IMG/VR virus record: IMGVR_UViG_3300006737_000028
Length of the DNA: 64,000 nucleotides
Direction: 5' to 3' (one strand)
From: an uncultured virus (IMG/VR IMGVR_UViG_3300006737_000028)
Lineage: Duplodnaviria > Heunggongvirae > Uroviricota > Caudoviricetes
The notes under the pieces: model-generated
What the model saw: the letters and a program-made list of their open reading frames with translations, nothing else
Databases searched by the model: none
Told to the model about the DNA's origin: nothing
Program-made: the position numbers and the translations under genes
In this document: positions 55,907 through 64,000 of the stretch, in pieces
How positions within the stretch are numbered: the first letter of the stretch is position 1
Layout of the letters: each line of letters starts with the position of its first letter

Positions 55907-57861
55907 TGCCAAATAGCAAGAACATTCAAATCAACTCACTTGATTTTGACAGCATCCGAGCGTCACTCAAGGATTATCTAAAAGAACAAGACACATTCAA
56001 AGACTATGACTTTGATGGTTCGGGTATGTCTGTTCTATTGGATCTACTTTCGTACCATAGTTATCAGCAGGGATTCTATAACAACATGGTCGCCAATGAG
56101 ATGTTCTTGGATTCGGCAATCAAACGCGACTCGGTGGTTTCTCATGCCAAGAGTTTAGGATACACTCCACGATCCTCTAGAAGTGCAAAGGCGACTGTTG
56201 ACATTACCTTCGGAAGCACAGCAGGACTTTCTAGCACATTTGCAATCGGCAATAGATTCAACTCAACGAGTGCGGGTAGATCTTATCAGTTCACTAATAC
56301 GTCAACGGGCACAATCAATCTTGATGCAAACACCGTTGGTGTTGGAGCGACTGCTCATATCTCGAATCTAGAAATTACTGAGGGTTCGCTCAATCAAACT
56401 TCTTTCATTGTCGATAACTCAAACCTGAATCAGAAGTTCGTCATCCCAGATCTAGATATTGATACTTCAACCATCTCAGTAAACGTACAAACATCTGCGA
56501 CTGACAATACAGGCAGAACTGACTTGTGGTCTCTTGCTCCTGCTAACATTGCTGACATCACCAATACCACCAAGGCATTTTTCTTGGAGCAAAATAGAGA
56601 TGGTAAGTATGAAATTATCTTTGGCGACGGTGTGGTTGGAGTCAAGCCAACGAGCGGTAGTCTAGTTACAATCACCTATCTGAGAAGTAATGGTGCAGAC
56701 GCTAATTCACTGTCTACATTCTCATATGGGAGTGGTTCGAATACTATAACCACAATCTCCAATTCATCTGGAGGCTCTACCGCAGAATCCGTTGCGTCGA
56801 TTAGATTCAATGCACCAAGAGTATATTCTTCCCAGAATAGAGCAGTCACCCCAGATGACTATGTGTCCTTGATTCTCGCTCAGTTTGGAGATATCCGATC
56901 TGCTTATGTTTATGGTGGAGAGGATGCCGATCCACCTCAATACGGCAGGGTAATGATTTCTGTAATTGATACCAACGGAACGGATCTTAGTGATCAACAA
57001 AAGAGAGAGATCTCAGACTTTGTTTCAGGAAAGTCTGTCGTTGGTGTGTCTCCTGTGATCAACCCACCCGATATCACATACCTAACATTCAATGCGAATG
57101 TCTTCTATGACGAAAAAATCTTGTTGACAGATCAAAGCACTCTTACCACGAATGTAAGGGCGTCGATCAAAAACCATGTTGATTCAACTGTTGGTGTATT
57201 CAATGGTGATATGATTCGTTCTAAGTTGTCGGCAGCGATTGATGCCACCGACGAATCCATTCTAGGTTCTGTAACATCGATCAGTATGCAGAAGAGAATC
57301 ACCCCATTCATTGATGCCACTCAAACATATCAAATCAAGTTCAATAACCCAGTTGAACATCCGCACGATGGTCACATGACTGTTCTTACTTCAGATGAGT
57401 TTACTGTGAAGGAAAGTGATGGTACAACGTATACAAATGCGTTTATTGATGATAATGGTTCTAGTATTCTTCGGTTGAAGTATAGAAACAGTGCCGGACA
57501 GGTAGAGACTATCAGAGAAAACGTAGGAACGATTGACTATCATCTGGGCGTAGCGACTCTTACAAACCTTAGAATCATGTCAATCAGTGGAAGTTCGGAC
57601 TACATTGTTTTCTATGCACCGCTTTCGGTTTCAAGCAACGCATACGCTGAAAAAGACGCGATTATCTTTGTTGACTCTAATGCGTCAGGATCGATTGCCG
57701 TGTCAGCACTATCCGAAGGATCTCGACTCTCTGGTGTGGCAAGCGATCGTGTGAGTTCAACTGCTTCCTACACTCCTCCACCAACATCGAGTTCATCGTC
57801 CAGTTCATCTAGCAGTAGCACTTCATCTTCATCTTCATCCTCCAGCGGCAGTGGATATTGA
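55906..57861 (+). CDS. 6: Baseplate wedge subunit (gp6-like) with poly-Ser tail
   Basis: LDFD.IR.SLK.YL, DYDFDGS, NEMFLDSA, FGDGVVG, QNRAVT..DY. Confidence 0.95.
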   Translation: MPNSKNIQINSLDFDSIRASLKDYLKEQDTFKDYDFDGSGMSVLLDLLSYHSYQQGFYNNMVANEMFLDSAIKRDSVVSHAKSLGYTPRSSRSAKATVDITFGSTAGLSSTFAIGNRFNSTSAGRSYQFTNTSTGTINLDANTVGVGATAHISNLEITEGSLNQTSFIVDNSNLNQKFVIPDLDIDTSTISVNVQTSATDNTGRTDLWSLAPANIADITNTTKAFFLEQNRDGKYEIIFGDGVVGVKPTSGSLVTITYLRSNGADANSLSTFSYGSGSNTITTISNSSGGSTAESVASIRFNAPRVYSSQNRAVTPDDYVSLILAQFGDIRSAYVYGGEDADPPQYGRVMISVIDTNGTDLSDQQKREISDFVSGKSVVGVSPVINPPDITYLTFNANVFYDEKILLTDQSTLTTNVRASIKNHVDSTVGVFNGDMIRSKLSAAIDATDESILGSVTSISMQKRITPFIDATQTYQIKFNNPVEHPHDGHMTVLTSDEFTVKESDGTTYTNAFIDDNGSSILRLKYRNSAGQVETIRENVGTIDYHLGVATLTNLRIMSISGSSDYIVFYAPLSVSSNAYAEKDAIIFVDSNASGSIAVSALSEGSRLSGVASDRVSSTASYTPPPTSSSSSSSSSSSTSSSSSSSSGSGY

Positions 57862-57871
57862 GGGATAGCAA

Positions 57872-60298
57872 ATGGTAGCAGGTAGTTCAACACAATATGG
57901 GGGCATTACGCCACTTCTCGGTCTAGGAACCGTGACGGAAATTATTGAGTCTCTACCTCCTATCGTAGATACTGTTGATGAAAGAGTATCGACACAACTC
58001 AAGTCACTCTTACCTGATTTTGTTACCTCCGATCATGCTACGTTTGCCTCTTTCGTACAGGCATATTTCGAATGGATGGAGCAAGAGGGGAATCCAAGGT
58101 ATGCTACGGTAAAGCATCTATCGAACAGAGATATCGATACGACTGCCAGTGCATTCATTGCAAACTTTTCTTCTGAGTATCTACATGGTTTCCCTGCGGA
58201 GTTTTCGACTGCTGTCAATGAAAAGGCAGCGATAAAAAACATCGGGGATTTGTACAGATCAAAGGGCGGGGAGAAAGCAATTCTTCTGCTCTTCCGTCTT
58301 CTGTACAACGAGACGGTAACGCTGATTAGACCGGGTGAGAGACTTCTTGGAGTGTCTTCTGCTTTATGGGAAGACCCGATGATTATCTTTATCTCTCGAA
58401 CACATGGTATTAGTCTGGCACAAGACGCAGTGGGAAGAACACTCTTTCAAACTTCGGATGGGTTGCCTACAGGAGAAGTTTCTACATCTGCGTTCATCAG
58501 AGATGGTAGATTTTTCACCTATAAGTTTATGGACGTTGCTGAATACAAACTGAATTCGGTGCAGGGAACATTCGCGCCCAATAAACCTGTGTTCTACACA
58601 TCAGGCTCAACCTCATACAAAGAGACTCCATTCCCGATGGTTGGTACTATTGGAGTCACGAGTGGTGGAACGGGCTATTCCATTCTAGACAAAATTATTG
58701 TGAAGGACACTACCAACAATGCAAACATCGCCGAGGCGATTGTATCAAATGTTGATAGAAAAGGTGCTATCACATCAGTAAAGATCAGTAAGAGATACCC
58801 AAACTATATTGAGGGCAATACTCTAGATTTTGATTTCATCACAGGATCTACTTCTGATGTTACTCCCGGTGGAACGGGTGCAACACTTGAGGTCGAAGGG
58901 ACCGTTGCTGGATTCAAGTCTGGCAGATATACATCTTCGAAGGATGTGTTGGGTGGTTCTGATAAGATTCAAGACAACCATTACTATCAAAGGTACTCCT
59001 ACTCAGTAAGAACAAGTAGGGGTATTGAGGACTATCGAGAGTCTTTGAAGGATATCGCTCACCCCGCTGGATATCAAGTTTTTGCTGATACAATTCTTGG
59101 TGCGTCAGGCGATGGGTTCACCTCTGCACGAGGAGCGACTCTGGCAGCGAATAAGTTGTTTTTTGAAGACTATCGCGGCATCAACCGTGTGGTTTCCAGA
59201 TACGGACATACACAGGCATTTGAAAGTCCAATGATTGGACACTATTTGCCATATACGTTCGAAGAGTTTACTGACTATCGTGGATATGTGACTGGACCCA
59301 CAAGTGAAATCGATCCAACTGGTCACTTTGTCGATCTATTCCCATTTGGATACAACGGAGTGACGGGAGACCTAGCAGGAAACTTTGTTGTTGGCGGTCG
59401 TACCGCACACATTCCACAGGCGTCAACTGCTGCTGGTGGGGCGACCGCAAAGTTGCCTCTTGGTGTTAGTGATGGAACTCCAGATGGTATCACTGTTGGA
59501 TACGGCATAACCGAATCAGGACATCAACTACTAGACCAGATTGTTTGGTATAACACCAACGTCGTCGGGGGCCCCGGAGCATCTGCAACCACGGGCGATT
59601 CACTCGCACTCGCTGTGTATCCCCATCCGGCTGGAAGATGCGCCAATTCGTTTGGCAAGGATCGCTACGGTGCTGATGGTCATGATATGTGGACCTTTGG
59701 ACAAACGTATGTACAGTTTGGTGAAGGTTTGACGATGGACTTCCAAGAGAAGGAAAAAATCAGACAACCAGTATGCAGAGTTTTCATCGATAGCATTACT
59801 GGTGATACTGATATGCTCGATGGTGATCTTGTTATTCAAGAATTGCCGGGGAGACCAGAGGCAATCGGAAGATTGGCATTTGACTTTTCGAACATGGATG
59901 ATGCCGCAATTGCTAACCAAACGAAAGTCATCGACATCTCCACCTTCGGAGTCACTAAAGGAACTGCTCGTAAACCCGAGAAATCGGCCGATTCGAATCT
60001 TGGTTTCGTGGGTAGCATGGACAGTGCGTTTCTTGATATCAAAATGATTAGTGGTAGGTTTTCATCTGTGATTGGTGCGGGCGAAACTGCTCCATATCCT
60101 ATCGTTAGTGTTACCGGCGGCGGAACCCTTTCGGTTATCGCGAAACCATATTCGGTGTCAGGACCGCATATAAATATGCTTGAGGGCGTAAGTCTCGATG
60201 CACAACCGGAGTGGAGATTCCTTCCGATTTGGGATTTCTTGAACAATATGCCTTTTGCTGATACCTCCGTAAACAAGTCTAACTACACCAGCGACTAA
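57872..60298 (+). CDS. Baseplate wedge protein (gp7-like)
   Basis: FVQAYFEWME, LYRSKG....LLFRLLYNE, IQDNHYYQ.YSY, HPAG; lies between gp6 and gp8. Confidence 0.8.
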   Translation: MVAGSSTQYGGITPLLGLGTVTEIIESLPPIVDTVDERVSTQLKSLLPDFVTSDHATFASFVQAYFEWMEQEGNPRYATVKHLSNRDIDTTASAFIANFSSEYLHGFPAEFSTAVNEKAAIKNIGDLYRSKGGEKAILLLFRLLYNETVTLIRPGERLLGVSSALWEDPMIIFISRTHGISLAQDAVGRTLFQTSDGLPTGEVSTSAFIRDGRFFTYKFMDVAEYKLNSVQGTFAPNKPVFYTSGSTSYKETPFPMVGTIGVTSGGTGYSILDKIIVKDTTNNANIAEAIVSNVDRKGAITSVKISKRYPNYIEGNTLDFDFITGSTSDVTPGGTGATLEVEGTVAGFKSGRYTSSKDVLGGSDKIQDNHYYQRYSYSVRTSRGIEDYRESLKDIAHPAGYQVFADTILGASGDGFTSARGATLAANKLFFEDYRGINRVVSRYGHTQAFESPMIGHYLPYTFEEFTDYRGYVTGPTSEIDPTGHFVDLFPFGYNGVTGDLAGNFVVGGRTAHIPQASTAAGGATAKLPLGVSDGTPDGITVGYGITESGHQLLDQIVWYNTNVVGGPGASATTGDSLALAVYPHPAGRCANSFGKDRYGADGHDMWTFGQTYVQFGEGLTMDFQEKEKIRQPVCRVFIDSITGDTDMLDGDLVIQELPGRPEAIGRLAFDFSNMDDAAIANQTKVIDISTFGVTKGTARKPEKSADSNLGFVGSMDSAFLDIKMISGRFSSVIGAGETAPYPIVSVTGGGTLSVIAKPYSVSGPHINMLEGVSLDAQPEWRFLPIWDFLNNMPFADTSVNKSNYTSD

Positions 60299-60308
60299 GG
60301 ATAACTGA

Positions 60309-62282
60309 ATGAGTACCACAGATACATCTACACTAAGGAGCGAGTTCAAGACATATCTTGCCCAAAACTTTGTTGACAAGTTCAAGGTTGACTCCGATGA
60401 TCGGTTGTTTGTATACACCGCTGGTGTAACATTGTCTTCGGATGAAACAACGACCCTGAACACATCAAGTGATTTGCAAGCAAGACTCTCGCTTAGAAAA
60501 TCAGTCGGGATGCGTCTGGTTGATAATGTGTCTGCATACCTCATGATCACAAAAAATCTATGGGTAAACAATACCAAGTATGATCAGTATGATGATAAAG
60601 TTGATCTATCAACAAAGACTTTCTATGTTACCAATACTGAGGGTAACGTATACAAGTGCCTGAGTAACGGACAGGGTAGTAACTCAATCGACGAACCCAC
60701 TGGTGTTTCATTTGAACCAATCAGACTCAGGAATGATTATGTTTGGAAGTATATGTTTACTATTCCTGTTGGAGCAAGAGAGTATGAGACTGAGACAGAG
60801 ATCCCCGCACTAGAACTTCCAGTTTATCCAAACAGATCTAATGTCTATGGGGATGAACGTGAACTACAATACGATGCACAAAAGGCTGCTCGGGATGGTG
60901 CAATCGAAACTGTAATTATTGATAGTGCTGGAAGTGCATATGTCAACGCGATCAGGGCAGAGGAAGGTCAGAATGCTCGGGCCCTTTCGACTGGAGAATA
61001 TCCATCAAATACTTCGGTTCGACTAGCAGCAGTCGCAAGTTCGACAGATGATGCGTATAACAACTATGCTATTAGAATCGTCGCGGGCACGGGCGTAGGA
61101 CAGATCAAAACAATCACTGATTACTTCGGGGCACAGAGACTCGCGACCGTATCGACTGCATGGACAATTTCTCCAGACACAACCAGTGTTTATGAAATCG
61201 CACCATCAGTTACCTTTTCCGGTGATGGTTCTGGTGCCGTTGCGTTTGCTCGAATGAACAGCAATCTGACATTAGATGATATCGTGATGAGTGATACTGG
61301 AAGTGGTTACAGTGAGGCATCCATCGCATTGGGTGGATCTGTTACATCTGCACCTAGCGTAAGGGCTGTCATTGGGCCAATTGGTGGTCACTCCTCATCG
61401 ATTCCATATGAACTTCTTGCGAGCAAGGTATTGATTGTTGCTAGGGTTGAGAGAGATGAAGATGCTTTCCCCGGCGACAATGATATTCGATTGTATGGTT
61501 TTTGTTTGAATCCAGAAATCGGAACTGGCCACGCGGGCGCGGGCGGGATCGCGGGCGCGGAAGGAACAAGTTCGACTCTACTAGACATCGAGGCAAACGT
61601 GTCAGATAGAGCGACACTACGGACAAACGATTTCCCTGTTGGGACATACATTTTTGCGAATGACCCACCCGCAGCAGGCAGAGTAACTAGGTTCACCCTT
61701 GAACCATCAGGGCTGAAAGCAACATTGCAGGTTGAGAATCTGACTGGTAAACTACCATCAGGCACTATCATCAGAGGACTAACAGGAACGTCTACCGCAT
61801 CAACTTCTGGTTGGGCGATTGATGGATCCTTTGCTAAGGTTGTACAGAAACTTGATTCTGATTATGGAGTCCAGCAAAAGTCATATCGAACAACCACTTT
61901 GATCGAAGCAGTTCGGGCCGATGGTGCTGTTCTCGCCGCTGGGTTGTTTGCTAAAGATGTGAATGTTACTGGTGCATCTGGTGGTGGTGCAGTTCTTGTT
62001 GAAACCGAGGTTAGCGGATCTGGTTTCTCTGGCGGTAAAACTGCCACATTCTATGTCAACGACATCAAGCAAAATGGCATCACATCAAACGAATATGGTT
62101 TCACTGCAACAGAAACACTTCAGGTGAAAACCAGTGGTGGTAATGTTGATTTCACAATTGCCGGAGTCACCGGGCCAGAAATTGATATTCCCTCTGGCAA
62201 AGTGCTATACATAAGAAGTATAGACCCAATTGCACGAAACGACGAGCAGTACGAAAATTATCAACTAGAGATTGACTTCTGA
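60309..62282 (+). CDS. 8: Baseplate wedge subunit (gp8-like)
   Basis: W.....YDQY, FYV....NVYKCLSN, EPT, YVWKYMFTI, SGKVLYI....PI.R. Confidence 0.9.
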   Translation: MSTTDTSTLRSEFKTYLAQNFVDKFKVDSDDRLFVYTAGVTLSSDETTTLNTSSDLQARLSLRKSVGMRLVDNVSAYLMITKNLWVNNTKYDQYDDKVDLSTKTFYVTNTEGNVYKCLSNGQGSNSIDEPTGVSFEPIRLRNDYVWKYMFTIPVGAREYETETEIPALELPVYPNRSNVYGDERELQYDAQKAARDGAIETVIIDSAGSAYVNAIRAEEGQNARALSTGEYPSNTSVRLAAVASSTDDAYNNYAIRIVAGTGVGQIKTITDYFGAQRLATVSTAWTISPDTTSVYEIAPSVTFSGDGSGAVAFARMNSNLTLDDIVMSDTGSGYSEASIALGGSVTSAPSVRAVIGPIGGHSSSIPYELLASKVLIVARVERDEDAFPGDNDIRLYGFCLNPEIGTGHAGAGGIAGAEGTSSTLLDIEANVSDRATLRTNDFPVGTYIFANDPPAAGRVTRFTLEPSGLKATLQVENLTGKLPSGTIIRGLTGTSTASTSGWAIDGSFAKVVQKLDSDYGVQQKSYRTTTLIEAVRADGAVLAAGLFAKDVNVTGASGGGAVLVETEVSGSGFSGGKTATFYVNDIKQNGITSNEYGFTATETLQVKTSGGNVDFTIAGVTGPEIDIPSGKVLYIRSIDPIARNDEQYENYQLEIDF

Positions 62283-62292
62283 GGAGAGTTGA

Positions 62293-64000
62293 ATGGCGCG
62301 TTCACATAGACCTGAAATTCATAACATCGCACCATACTACGATGACTTTAGCGAAGATAAAAACTTCGCTAGGGTTCTGTTCAGACCGGGTGTTGCTGTT
62401 CAAGCGAGAGAACTAACACAGGCTCAGACTATTCTACAGAATCAGTTGGAGCGGTTTGGTGATCATATCTTCGAAAACGGGTCAGTCGTTAGCGGTGCTG
62501 CTATCAATGAGCAACTCACTCGATTCATGAGACTCAAGGACGATGGTGCTACGGTAGGATTTACGGATGCAGTTCTATCTGGACTAGCAGGACAAAGAGT
62601 AGAAAACGATTTTGCTGGTCGTGCCGGTGTGGCAACAAGTGCAATTATCACTCATGCTATTGCGGGATCTACCCTCACGAAAGACACTACTCCTGTCATC
62701 TTCTTTGATTATCAATCAGGTGGTCTTTTCACGAACGACGAAGTGATCACCATCACTGGTGGTGGACTCAACGATGGTCTAACATTCCAGATCGATCAGG
62801 ATCGACAAGGTTCTGGGGCAGGAACTACTGCCATCGGTCTTGGTGCTGATGCGTTGCTCGTCAATGTTGGTCAGGGTGTTTACTTCGCAGACGGCAACTT
62901 CATCCAAAGTTCCTCATCTAATGTATTCGTTCCTCTCATTGATAGTCTCACGGGTGGTTATAGAGACTTCGATAAGCCATCAAACTCACTTGGTTTCAAC
63001 ATCAATAGAGAATACGTTAGTTCTGATCAAGACGAAACTCTTCGCGATCCATCATACGGGTTCAATAACTACAATGCTCCCGGTGCGGATCGATACAAAC
63101 TAAGTTTGTCTCCCAAGCAAATTGAGTTCGATGGTATCTCTGGATCTGCCAGCGGACTTACTTTCAACACAGAAGACTACTTCGAAGTCGCTCGCGTTAT
63201 CAACGGAGAAACATCCAAGTCAAGTGTGTACTCAAACTACGCTGACTTGGAAGACTCTCTGGCAAGAAGAACATTCGATGAGTCGGGTCACTATACGGTT
63301 CGACCATTCGCTTTGTCTTTCGGCACAAACGAAAATGTTTTCGGTAGCATCGACACGACTAAGTTTGGTGCAATCATTGGGCCGGGTAAGGCATACATTA
63401 GAGGTTATGAGTTTGAAACAATTACGCCTAGTTACCTCTCTCTTGTAAAGGCAAGAACTCTCGGTACTTTGCGAAATTTGACCTCTCCAGCATCCCCAGA
63501 AAACATGGTTCAGATTGATCTGTCTTTGGATCACCACCTTGGTTCTGGTGATATCAACAACCTCGACGCACACGCAGTCATGGAAAATTTGCTTGTTGGT
63601 CTTTTCCAAGCAGATGATCCGACCGCGACACAACCAAATTTCACTCTCATCGGAACTGCCTTTCTTCGAACTGTTCAGGCTTCCTTCGAAACACCTGATG
63701 ACCTTATTGCTTCGGCTGGACTGTCGAATGTCAAAATGTTTAGAATAGACCCAACCTCATCGTCGGGCACACGATTCAATTTCAATAGTGACACTGATCT
63801 GATTCGAACATTTGATGACAGTGATTTTGCGGAAATTTCTGGTGGGACAAATAACCCGAACAACACCTGTATGTTCAGAACGAAAAAGACCACTGCTGGT
63901 CTTCTCATATTCACAGGCAATGACGGTCGAGGCGCCGGTGATGCTAACCAAGTATTCCCTCTTCTCACCGCAGATCAAGCACAGGCTAGAGTTCAAACAC
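62293..64000 (+). CDS. Large virion structural protein (DUF4815/VrlC-like), 3'-truncated
   Basis: Translated by hand: PYYDDF....F.RVLFRPG.AVQARELTQ.QTILQNQ..RFGDHIF.NGS; NAPGADRYK; LARRTFDESG.Y. Confidence 0.9.
   Translation, partial: MARSHRPEIHNIAPYYDDFSEDKNFARVLFRPGVAVQARELTQAQTILQNQLERFGDHIFENGSVVSGAAINEQLTRFMRLKDDGATVGFTDAVLSGLAGQRVENDFAGRAGVATSAIITHAIAGSTLTKDTTPVIFFDYQSGGLFTNDEVITITGGGLNDGLTFQIDQDRQGSGAGTTAIGLGADALLVNVGQGVYFADGNFIQSSSSNVFVPLIDSLTGGYRDFDKPSNSLGFNINREYVSSDQDETLRDPSYGFNNYNAPGADRYKLSLSPKQIEFDGISGSASGLTFNTEDYFEVARVINGETSKSSVYSNYADLEDSLARRTFDESGHYTVRPFALSFGTNENVFGSIDTTKFGAIIGPGKAYIRGYEFETITPSYLSLVKARTLGTLRNLTSPASPENMVQIDLSLDHHLGSGDINNLDAHAVMENLLVGLFQADDPTATQPNFTLIGTAFLRTVQASFETPDDLIASAGLSNVKMFRIDPTSSSGTRFNFNSDTDLIRTFDDSDFAEISGGTNNPNNTCMFRTKKTTAGLLIFTGNDGRGAGDANQVFPLLTADQAQARVQT

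Noticed and set aside
1..64000. Stop-codon reassignment
   Set aside because: Core genes are full-length in the standard code, TAA, TGA and TAG all end genes, and no suppressor tRNA was seen.

Overview
A 64 kb segment of a large T4-like (myovirus) bacteriophage genome, probably aquatic. One small ORF resembles the Phycisphaerae dockerin-like motif and hints at a Planctomycetota host (inference). In order, the window holds: the 3' end of thyX; a large virion-type protein; class II ribonucleotide reductase (nrdJ) and a RuvC-like resolvase; a minus-strand block of membrane proteins and probable head-packaged proteins (a polyprotein-like protein, gp68-like/ParB, a nuclease, a RimK-protease fusion); an early region with sigma70-type promoters (vWA/peptidase, MoxR/CobS ATPase, many small ORFs, three tRNAs); an RNA island; a cluster of proteins with capsid-targeting-like N-termini; exonuclease, gp33 and gp32; and the T4-type baseplate/tail module (gp29-like, 51, 26, 54, 2, 4, 48, 53, 27-like, 5, PAAR, 25, 6, 7-like, 8, DUF4815). 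The most striking observation is a circularly permuted two-piece tmRNA gene whose intervening segment is filled by a 67-codon ORF with its own RBS, followed by two further unannotated structured RNA candidates. Also notable are apparent AGCT/TTAA avoidance that has remodelled the tRNAs, a near-uniform 16-bp promoter spacer, and a relaxed late-promoter motif. All calls come from reading the sequence; no database searches were run.
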